DNA from: Callorhinchus milii
Taxonomy: Eukaryota
Direction: 5' to 3'
Length of the DNA stretch: 64,000 nt
Assembly (NCBI RefSeq): GCF_018977255.1
Contig: NW_024704743.1
Span: forward strand, 62,436,001-62,500,000
Shown here: positions 51,650 to 63,949 of the stretch, piece after piece
Layout: each line of letters begins with the position of its first letter
How positions within the stretch are numbered: the first letter of the stretch is position 1
Made by a program: the position numbers and the translations under genes
The notes under the pieces: generated by a model
The model's input: only the letters and a program-made list of their open reading frames with translations
Database searches by the model: none
What the model was told of the DNA's origin: nothing

Positions 51650-52002
51650 GGCGTCCTGTAGCTCAGTGGTTAGAGCACTCGCCTCGCAAGCGAGAGGACC
51701 TGCGTGTGATTCCTGACCCGGGCGAACCATTAGGCGGTTTCCTTACTCCACACGGCTCAATTTACCCGGTGACTAGCGATCCTGTGGTCAGTCAATCGGC
51801 GGATTGCTTTTCCGGGGAGAATTCCTTCAAAAAAAAGTTTTACCGGAAAAAATAATTTGGTCACTCAATCCACCACCGTTTGCGGGACGCTGCTGCGCGC
51901 AATTGGCCGCCGCCTTTCGTCCGCAAAATATACAGTCAATTCACTTTACAGCATATTCTGTGAAGCGCTTTGAGACGTCTGGAAGACGCGATGAGGCGCT
52001 CT
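51650..52002 (+). mobile_element. Older long-form SINE, CpG-rich, upstream of CCT5
   Basis: Head gtcctgtagctcagtggttagagcactcgcc; long central segment present. Confidence 0.85.
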
Positions 52003-52424
52003 ACCCGCCCAAAAACCCGTTATTTCCCGCACAATACCACAAAACCCGCCCAATTGAGCGTGAAGCCGCCCAACCTGCCCACATGGTCCTCACTGTGGCC
52101 TCGCGATAACCAACTCAGACCAGACCATTCCTCTCCCCCCCCCCCTCTCCGGCTAAATGTATTCAAACTCGGCCTTTTAACTAAATCGTCTTTAAATACT
52201 GCTGTTGGATACCTCGTTTCTCGGGAGGGGGGGAAAAAAAACGAACATCGAGTGCAATCTGCACGTATTTTTGGATACTTGACATGGCTTACCCCGCCCC
52301 CCTCCCGCGCTGGCCAGTGGTGCGCTCCTCATCGACGGTTCCAGAAGGCAGAGCCGTTGGGGCGGGGCGCCGCTACGCAGGCGCAGTCGGACACTCATCG
52401 CCTGAGCGGAGCTGAGCGGCCATC

Positions 52425-52529
52425 ATGTCGGCGATGGGAACTCTCGCTTTCGATGAATATGGCCGTCCCTTCATCATCCTTAAGGACCAAGACACCAAGT
52501 CCCGGCTCACAGGCCTGGAGGCGCTTAAG
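52425..52529 (+). CDS. CCT5: T-complex protein 1 subunit epsilon, exon 1
   Basis: [35 protein letters not shown]; gtaatt donor; CpG island. Confidence 0.97.
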
Positions 52530-53479
52530 GTAATTCTGTGTTTTTCCCCCCAAAAGAGGGAAGCGAGGGAGAGAGAAAGCGGCACTTTCCTGCTGCCCAT
52601 GTGCTGCCGTGAGCCGGCGTCAGGCCTCACAAAGTGCCGCAGGCCGATATGTTGCCGTCATGGCCGCTCAGCCTGGCCTCCAGTTACAGCAGGCCGAGGC
52701 CCTGGTGTCCCGGAGGGGGCTGTGCGGGAGCCGGGCAGGGGCGTCGTTGAGGTGCGTCCACAGAGTGTCCTGGTCTGGCCCGCGATGTGCGGTGGTGATG
52801 AATGAGCTGAGCACAAGCCCGACCCCAGGTTACTCTTTCCCTCTGGGACTGGGAACCAACAGCGGGTTTCGCTCCAACACAAGGACTTGTTCTCCTCTCC
52901 GCCTGATGCGGTGAGAAGGGGGAGCCGCGTGGATCTCACTCACCAGCACGTCAGTTGTATAAAATGGAGATTTTACAGTCGAGGGCTGGGCAACTGCTTG
53001 AATGGCAGTTATCCACCGCAGGCTTTTGTTTAGCTAATACATGCAGAATAATATTAAATAATCATACATGCATTTGTTATGGCGCCTCATCCCGTCTTTG
53101 AGACGTCTCAAGAGCGCTTCACAGAACACACTACACTGTAAAGTGAATTGGCTGTATATTTACTGTATATATCGACTGCAAAATAAGAATAACTCCCATC
53201 TAATAATTTAGCATTTCGATCTTGGAAATGGGGGAATGGATTTTTTTTTGCGCCACGGTAAAATGTTCTGTTAATTTAGTGGAAACTTAAATTTAGTAGC
53301 TTTAACCACCAATTTTCTTACATTCTTTTGTTCTATTTAATATCAATAGAACATGAGATTACAAAACATTGCAAAATTGTAAAGGGTTGTAAAAATACAG
53401 GATAAATTTCCTCCGGAATGCTGTGGAAGTACAATTGAGTGAGCGATATTTAAAAAGGCGATTAATAGTGGAAACCTGG

Positions 53480-53780
53480 AACAACAAACAAAGTTATATT
53501 TGTAAAGTGCCTTTCACTTTGGGAGGACGTCCGAAGGCGCTGAACAGTCAGGGATGGATTTTTTGATCTGAGCGTGAAGAGGGTAGGGTTGGGATAAGGG
53601 AGGACAGAGTAGAAGGGTGGCTGAAGGCATGGTCGAAAAGGAGGGTCTTGTGTCGTGCCTTGAAGGAGGCAAGGGAGGAAGCAAGGCCAAGGGTGAAGTT
53701 CCAAACGTTGGGGCCAGAGAGACTGAAAGCCCAGCTGCCAATGGTAGGGTGGGTCAGGCGGGAAATATGGAGCAGACCAG
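53480..53780 (-). mobile_element. L2 3' fragment in CCT5 intron 1
   Basis: L2 tail and ccttgaaggaggcaagggagg, shared with the 37816 element. Confidence 0.75.
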
Positions 53781-54329
53781 AGCATCTCCCTTATTTGGAA
53801 ATTAATTTGATATGGAAGGGGGTAATATTATTAAATTGATCGTTGCATTTTACAGTATACCGTGAAGCACTTTGGGATTTCCTAATTTGAAAGGCACTAT
53901 ACCAAATGCAGGGATTATAAAAGATTTATAAAGAATGTACAACATGAAAACAAGCCACTCAGCCTAACCACACCGTGCCAGTGTTTATACTCCACATGAG
54001 ACTTCACCCATTCCTTACTCCCTTCCATTTCTGTGACATGCTGTTCAAGGGATGTGTGCCAACAGTATTTCATTTTGTGAGAGAGATAACTGAATTGTCG
54101 GCGTAGACTTTGTGATTTCAAAGCCTGATGTAAGCCTTGAACCCACAACTACTGATTGAGTCAGGCTCAGACAACTCCCTTTTCTTTTTAAGTATTTATT
54201 TTGTGTGTTTTACTAGCCCTCTCATTTCATTGAGACACATTTTAACTTGGGAGAGCTTCAGGATAACATTTTTGGGCTGATATTTTGGACTGAAATATAT
54301 AAATCCTAATTTTAGTTTTTTCATTACAG

Positions 54330-54390
54330 TCACATATCATGGCAGCAAAGGCAGTGGGATGCACATTGAAGACATCCCTAGGACCCATGG
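54330..54390 (+). CDS. CCT5: CCT5 exon 2 (61 nt)
   Basis: ttacag acceptor; SHIMAAKAVGCTLKTSLGPM(G); gtaaga donor. Confidence 0.96.
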
Positions 54391-55164
54391 GTAAGAATAT
54401 GTTTTTATGAAAAAATAAACAATTCAAATTCACAAAATTTAAATAATGAAAAGAAGTGTAATTCATGTTTTCCACAAGTATTGACTGATGCTATGAAATG
54501 TCTTTGGACCAATTAAGTAACTTTTTGGGCATCAATTAGCATCAATCTCATGTGAAGCTATTATTGACAAAGCACACTGTCAAATCTGGCTCATAAGTAA
54601 TTCTTACATGTTTTTATGATCTGCAAAATGAGAGGGAGAAGAATGGATAAACCAATAATTAATACAATATTTATATGTAATTGTTGCACATGACACATTT
54701 AAAGTAATTGCTGATTTTAAAGTGGTGGAAATAAAATGCAAAATACATTGTGACATGGAAATTCTATGTCCCATGGTGTGTCTGATGTGCTTTTAAAGCC
54801 TAGTGACAAGAAACCAGGTTCACTTTCCAGCTTCAGTTGAAAGTGAAGCCAGTGGCTCTCATTGGCTTAGTGGTTAAAGTGCAGTTTGGTATACAGATCA
54901 GACAAGTGCCAAGTTTAATTTTGCTTAACTGCCACACTTTTGGTATTATAGGTTACAATGTAATTGTGAAAAACAATTCATGTATTAAATTAATATTTGC
55001 ATGTGGGTGTCTCTAAAGCCAGACTACAATTTTCTTATGATTGATTTGGATTTTAATAAATTTAATCTATTGGGTATTGAGCGCTGTCCATTATTAGTGG
55101 TGTAAACAAAATGACACATTGCTGTTGCATTGTGTATTTGTGATCGTATTCCTTTTCATTCTAA

Positions 55165-55398
<234 letters not shown>

Positions 55399-55588
55399 TA
55401 AACCTTCCTACACATAAGAGATGGGTGCTGAGTGGATGAAAACAAAAGTCCTACTGAAGAGCTCTGGCATTTTGAACATTTGAACATGTGTGCTGAAGAA
55501 AATAACATGAGGTGTTTTTTTACTTGCAGTTATATGAAATCACCATAGTGGTTTCACTTTTAATTTCAATTGTATTACTTCTTTGCAG

Positions 55589-55787
55589 TTTTAGCTGGTG
55601 CCTTGTTGGAACAAGCAGAAGGTCTACTGGATCGTGGTATCCATCCCATACGTATTGCTGATGGTTATGAGCAGGCTGCCCATATTGCTATTGAACATCT
55701 GGACAAGATTAGTGACAGTTTCCCTGTTGATCCAGACAAAAAAGAGCCCCTGATCCAAACTGCTATGACAACACTTGGATCTAAAAT
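55589..55787 (+). CDS. CCT5: CCT5 exon 4 (199 nt)
   Basis: [27 protein letters not shown]...TTLGSK; ttgcag acceptor, gtgagt donor. Confidence 0.97.
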
Positions 55788-55871
55788 GTGAGTGACCTTT
55801 CTATCTTGCTTCTTTCCTCCCCTTCTGAAATGTATTACTTCTGTACTTTGAAAGGAAAGCTAATGTATTTA

Positions 55872-56245
55872 CCTTGACTTCAAGATCCTCACTCTAGTGT
55901 TTAATTCCCTCCACGCCTTGGCACCCCTCTATCTTTCCATCTCTCTCCTCACAGCACTACCTGCTGCCTCCACTCTACTGGCTCCAGCCTCTCCGTATCC
56001 CTCTGATCCTCCGTTCCATCATTGGCAGCTGTGCCTTCAGCCACTACACCTCGAAGCTATGGAAGTCCCTCCCTCATTCCCTTCACCTTGCCTCCTCTTT
56101 CCCCATTTTCAGGTTGCGCCTGAAGATCGTCCTCTTCGACTGTGCCTGTGATCACCTTGCCCCTCCCCCGACTCGGAATTGAGGTTCTGCCATTGTTTAA
56201 GTGCTCCGGGATGATGCCCGGCATGGAGAGCGCTATATTGTTGTA
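55872..56245 (+). mobile_element. L2 3' fragment
   Basis: ttgacttcaagatcctcactctag...agcgctata ttgttg tail. Confidence 0.7.
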
Positions 56246-56910
56246 ATGTGCAACAAACTACAGATTTTAGCTGGAAGGGAAAAACTAAGAAGCCATCCAC
56301 AGAGAGAGGAAATGGTGGTTACATTACCTATGCTGTGCATTTGCAGTAGCAATTTCAAAAATGACAAGGGGAGGGCTTGAAGTATATTATAATAATCCTT
56401 ACATTTGATTATGCTGTAGCACCTTAGGATATTACTGTGAAGTGTAGTAACTGTATATTCAGGCAAACATGGTAGCCAATTGGCGCACAGCATGAAAACA
56501 GCCATGAATGAACATTTTTATCTGGCAGATTGTTAACCAGGATACCTTGGTTGTTCCTCTCCTTTTTTTCATGCCAGCCTCAGATAAGACATTGATTCAA
56601 GGTTGTTCAGGTGGACATTAAAAATCCAGTGGCAATATTTGAAAAGAAAAGGGAGTTTCTGCTGGTATCCTGGCCAACAATCCCCCGGACTAAGTTGGCA
56701 AAAATATAACAGATGCATTACTTTTACTTCATGGTTGTTTGTGGGATATTGCTGTGTAAAAATTTGCCTAGAAAATACAGTCATTACACTTTATTGAAAA
56801 TCCTGTTAAGCGATTTGAAACGTCTTAACAAAGTGATGAGGCACTGTAATCAAATGCAAGTATTATTATACCAGTGATTTCTATTAAGCCAATAATAATA
56901 AAAACTTCTA

Positions 56911-57657
56911 TTCTGTATCCTGAGCTGTCCTTTCTTCCTCATGTCCGCGCCACAACTGGCACCGCCTTCCATCACCTCCGAAACATCGCCAGACTACGGC
57001 ACTACCTCACCCCTCACGCTGCTGAAACCCTGGTCCACGCCTTTATCACCTCAAGGCTGGACTATGGGAACTCTCTCCTCGCCGGCCTTCCCGGCACCTC
57101 CCTCCACAAGCTGCAGGTCATTCAGAACTCTGCAGCTCGTGTACTGTCCCGCACCAGGCTTCGGGACCACATCACTCCCACCCTCGCTCGCCTCCACTGG
57201 CTCCCCATCCCCCAGAGGATCGAATTCAAGATCCTCATCCTCACCTACAAGGCTATTCACGGCCTTGCTCCCTCCTACCTCTCCGACCTACTATCTCCCT
57301 ACCTACCTGCCCGTACCCTCCGTTCCTCTGGCTCCGGTCTGCTCCACATCCCCCGCCCCAACCGCCCTACCATCAGTGGCCGGGCCTTCAGTCTCTCAGC
57401 CCCGAGGCTCTGGAACTCCATCCCCCAGTGCCTTTGCCTCCTCCCTTTCCTCCTTCAAGGCCAGTCTCAAGACCTTTCTCTTCGACCGTGCCTTCAGCTC
57501 CCCTCTCGACTCTCTACCCCCTCCTTGCTCCCTCCCCTCACCCTGACCATTTCCCCCCTGCTCGGGTCCCAACCCAACTGTCTAGCGCCTTGGGACGTCT
57601 TGTTGTTGTTGTCCTCCCGACATGAAAGGCGCTCTATAAATGAAATCTTGTTGTTGT
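56911..57657 (+). mobile_element. Young L2 3' fragment in CCT5 intron 4
   Basis: [13 protein letters not shown]...SRLDYGNSLLAG...[14 protein letters not shown]2 tail. Confidence 0.92.
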
Positions 57658-58171
57658 GTAATGCCTTACTATTTTATCAAACTGTCTTGGAGCTTCATAG
57701 GAATTACTGTTCAGTGTAGTAACTATTTGTAGGCAAACCCAGCAGCCAATTCGTGCACAGCAATATCCCTCAAACATTCTGATAGTTCAGCATTAAAACT
57801 GCAATTTCAAATTCCAATCTCCTAATTGTTTTCTTATGGATTCCTCCTTTTCTTTTTGACTGGCCTGCTCCGTGTCCTCTGCGCCATTCGCCCCATCATT
57901 GGTGAGCTGGCATTCAGCCACTTGGCGCTCGCTTTCTGGAACTCCGTTCCCGGATCCCTCCAACTTACTGCCTCCTCCATTGTAACTTTATGGGCTTGTA
58001 TACACTGATGATGAATATTGAATTTTAAACTTATCAGGAAGCTTTCATTCCATGAATCTGCACTAGATTTGAACTAAGATCCCCAAAGTGACAAGTGTCA
58101 GTCTGTTGATTTCTCTTTCTCCAGCATATTCACAAACATTTAACTTTTTTATGTTTATTCACTTTCTATAG

Positions 58172-58364
58172 TATTAACCGTTGCCATAGGCAAATGGCAG
58201 AAATAGCAGTGAATGCTGTCCTAGCAGTAGCTGATATGGAGCGCAGGGATGTAGACTTTGAGCTGATGAAGGTGGAAGGTAAAGTGGGTGGAAAACTGGA
58301 GGACACACAGTTGATTAAAGGAGTTGTTGTGGACAAAGAATTCAGCCACCCACAAATGCCAAAG
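58172..58364 (+). CDS. CCT5: CCT5 exon 5 (193 nt)
   Basis: [31 protein letters not shown]...SHPQMPK; ctatag acceptor, gtgagt donor. Confidence 0.97.
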
Positions 58365-58601
58365 GTGAGTTATTTTAGTATGGTAACATATAAATGAGTT
58401 AAATGGTGAGGCATAAGAGCTTATTTTTAAAAGTGCCAGAATTTAGTATCCTTTGTGAAACCTTTTTAACAAATGTTCAGCAGAAGTGCATTTGGGACAT
58501 TAAAAAAAATTTAAATAGTAACTGGAACTTTATTTTGTATTGCATTTTATCACACTTCTATTGCATCTGTACATCAATGATTGTTTGGTATTCTTTTTAA
58601 G

Positions 58602-58751
58602 GTTGTGAAAGATGCAAAGCTTGCCATTTTGACATGCCCATTTGAACCACCAAAACCTAAAACCAAACATAAGCTTGACGTGACTTCTGTGGAAGACTAC
58701 AGAGCGTTACAAAAATATGAAAAAGAAAAATTTGAAGAGATGGTCCGTCAG
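58602..58751 (+). CDS. CCT5: CCT5 exon 6 (150 nt)
   Basis: [27 protein letters not shown]...MVRQ; tttaag acceptor, gtcagt donor. Confidence 0.97.
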
Positions 58752-58963
58752 GTCAGTACTTAAATTTAAAAGCCCTACTGATGATGTACAGTGTGTTTTC
58801 TTTGGTCTGATTTGTCCAATTGCATTGTTAACCACCGCATTCAGTTCTTCTTTCTAATGGACACACTTATTTAAGCTTCTCATACATTAACCACTTCCCC
58901 AGAGAAATAAATGGCAGTAGCTGATGTGCAGCACATGGTTGAAGACATTATTTATTTTTGTAG

Positions 58964-59083
58964 GTAAAAGAGACTGGTGCTAACCTGGCTATTTGCCAGT
59001 GGGGATTTGATGATGAAGCAAACCATTTGCTTCTCCAAAATGAGCTGCCTGCAATACGCTGGGTCGGTGGACCTGAAATTGAG
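58964..59083 (+). CDS. CCT5: CCT5 exon 7 (120 nt)
   Basis: [40 protein letters not shown]; ttgtag acceptor, gtgagt donor. Confidence 0.97.
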
Positions 59084-59828
59084 GTGAGTGTGATTCCAGA
59101 TTTTGGTGCAAATTATAAGTAGTATGTTTTTATTTAGTAAAAATCAGTTTTTGTTAATTTTGTTTCAATATTCTCTAAATTGAGAGAAATAAATTAATTT
59201 TTATCACTTTTTTTACCAATGGTTTGAAATATGCAAATTGCTAACTCTTGGTTGTAAGGGCTCAATGGATATCACCCAGAAATGGGTCATGTTTGTAGTC
59301 ACTGAAAATTGGGTAGGAAAATCAAGGTAAAATAAACATTCCTGTCTAAATTTTTAAAAATTCCAGTAAGTCTAATGACGTGGATGAAGCGGCATGCAAA
59401 TATTTATTCTATAGAGCTTTATATATTTATTCTATTACTATTTATTTTAATAGAAACCCCTGCCCCTCACTAAGCTCTATAGAAAAAAAAGTTCCAGTTA
59501 GGGTATTAAAGTTAGCCATAGTACCTCTAGGTTTGGAGGAGGGAGATAAACCGAAGTTCCCACTTTTAACTGCTATTCGGGACCTGCCAATTCAATACNT
59601 TTTTTGAAGTTCAATATGCGAACTTTGTATAAGGACAGGATTAGGCTTGGCTATGGTGTCACTTGGCCCAGGGCTGAATAGCATATTAATTCACTGTCAA
59701 AGCTCACATGTGAATAGTGGCCACTTGGGCAAGGCGACAGTCATTCATGTAGTTGTACCATGGTAGAAGAAAAGGGGGACCAAATTCCTCAGGAGAACAT
59801 TTTAAATGAGTTTCTTTTCATGATTCAG

Positions 59829-60014
59829 CTGATTGCCATCGCCACTGGAGGTCGCATTGTTCCGCGGTTTTCTGAACTTACAGCAGAGAAACTGGGCTCC
59901 GCTGGTATTGTCAAAGAAATGACTTTTGGAACCACCAAGGATAGGATGCTTGTGATTGAAGAGTGCCAGAACTCCAGGGCAGTGACCGTTTTCATCAGGG
60001 GTGGAAACAAAATG
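59829..60014 (+). CDS. CCT5: CCT5 exon 8 (186 nt)
   Basis: [17 protein letters not shown]...[11 protein letters not shown]; attcag acceptor, gtaagt donor. Confidence 0.97.
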
Positions 60015-61249
60015 GTAAGTTTTACGTTTGAGCTTCATAATCTTCCTTTGAAGATAGAAGTTGACTTGTTTTTTTCTTCGCTGTGCATTTTTTGTCTCAA
60101 ATTGTTTTTTTTTCTAACCATGGGAGAGTTGGTTGGCCTGTTAAAACTGGGGTGGCAGAAGATCTCAGCAATTCTCCCAGTGTGATTAACTAAAATGAAC
60201 ATAGCAAATTAGGATTGTGAGGCAATCCCATTCCATTACAGACCATGGCCCACATACTACAAACGTCTTCTAGTCACATATTCCTTAATATGTTTACTTG
60301 CCAAGTATCTATGCATCTTGCTTTAAGTGCTTCACCCAATTTCTCACCTATAACTTTCTGGAATAATGTCTTCCACATTACTGTAAGTTGCATTTACATA
60401 GCACCCTTCATTCAGTGTTGCGTCTTGGACCGCCTGATAGTGATTATAAACAGCCTGATTATAATGAGAAGAATTTTTTCTCATCTTGGTCCTTTGGCTC
60501 TAATTTTAAAGTTATCATTTTGAACCTGATAGACTCACTTGGAGGTAAAATGTTACAAACTGACTTATTTATTCCTGATCTTAGACTATTCTATACCAGG
60601 ATGTTACCTGACCCAATTGTCCAGCGCCTTGTGACGTCCTCCCGACGTGAAAGGCGCTCTATAAATGGAATCTTGTTGTTGTTTTCTGTATTTGGCCAAT
60701 ACTGCATTTCATTTCTCAAGTGTGTGGCTAATACAGTAAAACTCTGGTCATATCAGTCGGGACCATAGCATTTAATATGACTTGCGTGAAGTCCAAGTTA
60801 CAGGCAAACTGTATGTCATATAAAATCTGATTTAATCAATAATCTACACTGCGTAATGCAGTAGCTAATTGGGGATGTGATACTTCGTCACATCAGCTGC
60901 TAAGTGCGCATGCGGAGATGGGTCAAGACTATGTTGCCCACGATTCAGTGCACTTTGACCCGCCAACCAGATGCATTTACCGGTAAGCATTGAATCGAGG
61001 TAAATGAAATTCGACTTCACATGCGGCGAATGATCAAGATTACATTTCCCAAGATACAATGCAGTTGCCCGTTAACTTTGCACGTATTGGCCGGTCAAAT
61101 TCTGCATTCTCAGCTGTTGCCAATACTTTGTTGGGGAAAAGAGAGATTCTATAACTCTTGACTGTCTTAAATGTCAGTATATCTTAGTAGCTTTAAAAAA
61201 AACTGAAAGATTTATTATTCCAAGATAATAAACATGTGTTTACTATTTT

Positions 61250-61272
61250 TATATATATATATATATATATAT
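61250..61272. repeat. (TA)n microsatellite (another at about 50801-50819)
   Basis: Read directly from the sequence. Confidence 0.9.
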
Positions 61273-61540
61273 GTATTATGTGCTCCACAATGTTAATGTA
61301 TTTATTCTCATCTTTAATTTTTTAAATTTAAATGTTTTATCATTATTTTTATAAAACAGAATATGAATGGACATGTCAAATGCATGATACTGCACATTTC
61401 TTTGTGGATAGTTTTATGTGATCTACAGATTTAAATTGCTGTAAGAGCATTAATTCAAGCTAAATGAGGATTTGGTGCTAACAATGTCTTTTTTTTCAGC
61501 TACTTTTTTTTAATACGCCATGCAATGTTTTTTTTTCTAG

Positions 61541-61678
61541 ATCATTGAAGAAGCAAAGCGAGCGCTTCACGATGCTTTGTGTGTAATCCGCAACCTTGTC
61601 AAAGATAATCGCATTGTATACGGTGGCGGTGCTTCTGAGATTGCTTGTGCTTTGGCTGTTAATGAGGCAGCAGATAAG
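61541..61678 (+). CDS. CCT5: CCT5 exon 9 (138 nt)
   Basis: [46 protein letters not shown]; ttctag acceptor, gtataa donor. Confidence 0.97.
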
Positions 61679-61752
61679 GTATAAAAAAACTTTCATTTGA
61701 TATAGCGCCTTATTCATTTTGTCAAAACGGCTCTTAAGTGGATTATGAATTT

Positions 61753-62052
61753 ATAATAATAATCCTTGCATTTGATATAGCGCTTTTCACGTCTTCTCAA
61801 CGTCTCAAAGCACTTCACGAATAGACTGTAAAGTGAATTGACTGTATATTTGTGGGCAAAATGCGGCAGCCAATTGCGCACAACAGTGTCCCACAAACAG
61901 TCGTGGATCGAAAATGACCAATTTTTTTGGGGAGGGATTATTATTAGGCGTGTGGAGTAAGGAGACTTGCCCAAGGTTTCACCCTGCCTGGAATTGAACT
62001 CGGGTGTCTCGCTTGCAAGGCGATTGCTCTAACCACTGAGCTACAGGACTCC
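61753..62052 (-). mobile_element. Young SINE in CCT5 intron 9
   Basis: Family match. Confidence 0.92.
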
Positions 62053-62497
62053 TGTACTGTATGTGTAGTGACTAATTATAACCAATGATAATTATCAAAT
62101 GGATTCTAAATCTTTAGAATGAGGATATGATGCTAAACTCAAGAAGGCTGAGGATACAAATAGTTCTTACTTTTTTTCAAGTATCTATAAAGGTACAAGA
62201 AATTGGAAATCGGTTACATTTTGAGAAATATAAGTGAGCCTGAAAATTGGGAATTGCCAGACTGCAAAAAATGGGATTTCATTGTATTTTGTTTGATATT
62301 TTAAGTTTAGATGAAAGTGTTTACTATGTTTTGAATGTTCTGATGTACAAAGGTTACGTAATATTCAACAATTGCAAATTAAATCTATTAAAGAAAAATA
62401 ATATGTAACCAGTCATATTTTATACCTTTAGCTGATCCATTATTTTTACTTTGCAAGAGGAGTTTTTGGATGTTAATGACTACCTTGTTCTGCACAG

Positions 62498-62678
62498 TGT
62501 CCCACTTTGGAGCAGTATGCTATGAGAGCTTTCGCTGATGCCTTGGAAGTGATTCCAATGGCACTGGCTGAGAACAGTGGCTTTAGTCCAATCCAGACCA
62601 TGACAGAAGTAAGAGCTAGACAGGTGAAGGAGAACAACTCTGCACTGGGTATAGATTGCTTACACAAGGGCACATACG
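62498..62678 (+). CDS. CCT5: CCT5 exon 10 (181 nt)
   Basis: [28 protein letters not shown]...[11 protein letters not shown]; gcacag acceptor, gtatgt donor. Confidence 0.97.
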
Positions 62679-63299
62679 GTATGTAATGCTTTGTTTTTTA
62701 TACCTTTTCTGTTGGACTTAAATTAATACAATGTAATCTGCTTAAATTTAGTCATAGTAACAAATTTACATCAGTTTTTTTATATAAAATTAGAAACTAA
62801 TCTCAAGTTTAATGATCAATAATTAGTCTGTTGTGACTAATTTCAAGAGAAACTTGTGACCTTAGCTCACAAAAAAACTTAACGCTGCATCACTTTTGAC
62901 TCAAACTAAGGTTATCTGGTTGGTCTGTTTGGTTTTAGTAGTAGCAATTGCAATCAAGTGAACATGTCAGTCTGGAGAGCTGGGCCACATTTTATCCATT
63001 GGCATTCAATATTGGCTTTCTGTGTTCACAAACCGCATAGAGCATATTATTCCATAACGCTAACTTTGCAAAGCATCTGATGACACCATGTTTTCATTTC
63101 TTATACCAACTATGAAACACCCTGTCTTGCTTATTAAAATGTAAATAAAATGCATGACTGAAACTTGTTACTACAACAACAACTTGGATTTATATAGCGC
63201 CCTCCACGCCGGACGGCGTCTCAGAGCGCTTACAAAGCATTGATCCAATTGAGAGTTTTGCTGCCAATTGTAATCTTGGGTTTTGAGTTTCAAAACTGC

Positions 63300-63710
63300 C
63301 TTCTGCATGCTAAACGGTACCAGGCTCTGCACCCCTATCACCCCAGTTCTTGCCATACTCCACTAGCTCCTTGTTGCAGAAGGATCGGATTTCAAGATCA
63401 TCACTGTCACTTTCAAATCACTTCATGCCCTGGCACCTCCCTACCTCTCTGATATGCTCACACTCCACTACCTGCTGCCTTCACTTAGCTGGCTTGGGAG
63501 TTCTACACATTCCTCATCATCCACTCCGATTGGCAGCTGTGCTTTCAGTCACGATGTCTCGAATCTAGAATTCCTTGCCCCAATCCATGTGTCTTGCCCA
63601 TCTTTACCCACCTTCAAATCATACCTGAAGACTTTCCTCTTCGCCCTCCCTTTCCAGCCCCAAGACATTACCCATGTTAAGGGTGTTGTATCAATGCAAA
63701 TTATTGTTTT
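63300..63710 (+). mobile_element. Decayed L2 3' fragment
   Basis: tcaccccagttcttgccatactccac...gatttcaagatc...cctgaagactttcctc. Confidence 0.65.
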
Positions 63711-63949
63711 TTGAATTGTCCTGTTGCCAGGACCAAGTTTTTTTTCTAGTTTATTTAGTTATGGCTGAATTTGCTGGTGAGATTAATTGATCATTGATTA
63801 ATACAATGTAAGATTTATGTGAAAAATGCTTGGAAATGTACAATGGTTACACTAGCCAAATGATTGAACTGTATTAAATGTTCTGATTTTGAATAAGTAA
63901 TTGCAATAATATGCATTCAAGCCACTAATTCCTTGGGTGCTTCTTGCAG

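Larger units (their letters stand above)
51650..52950. promoter_or_regulatory. CpG island / CCT5 promoter
   Basis: CpG-rich; GC boxes at 52292-52300 and 52359-52368; partial heat-shock element TTCcaGAA at 52339-52346. Confidence 0.8.
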
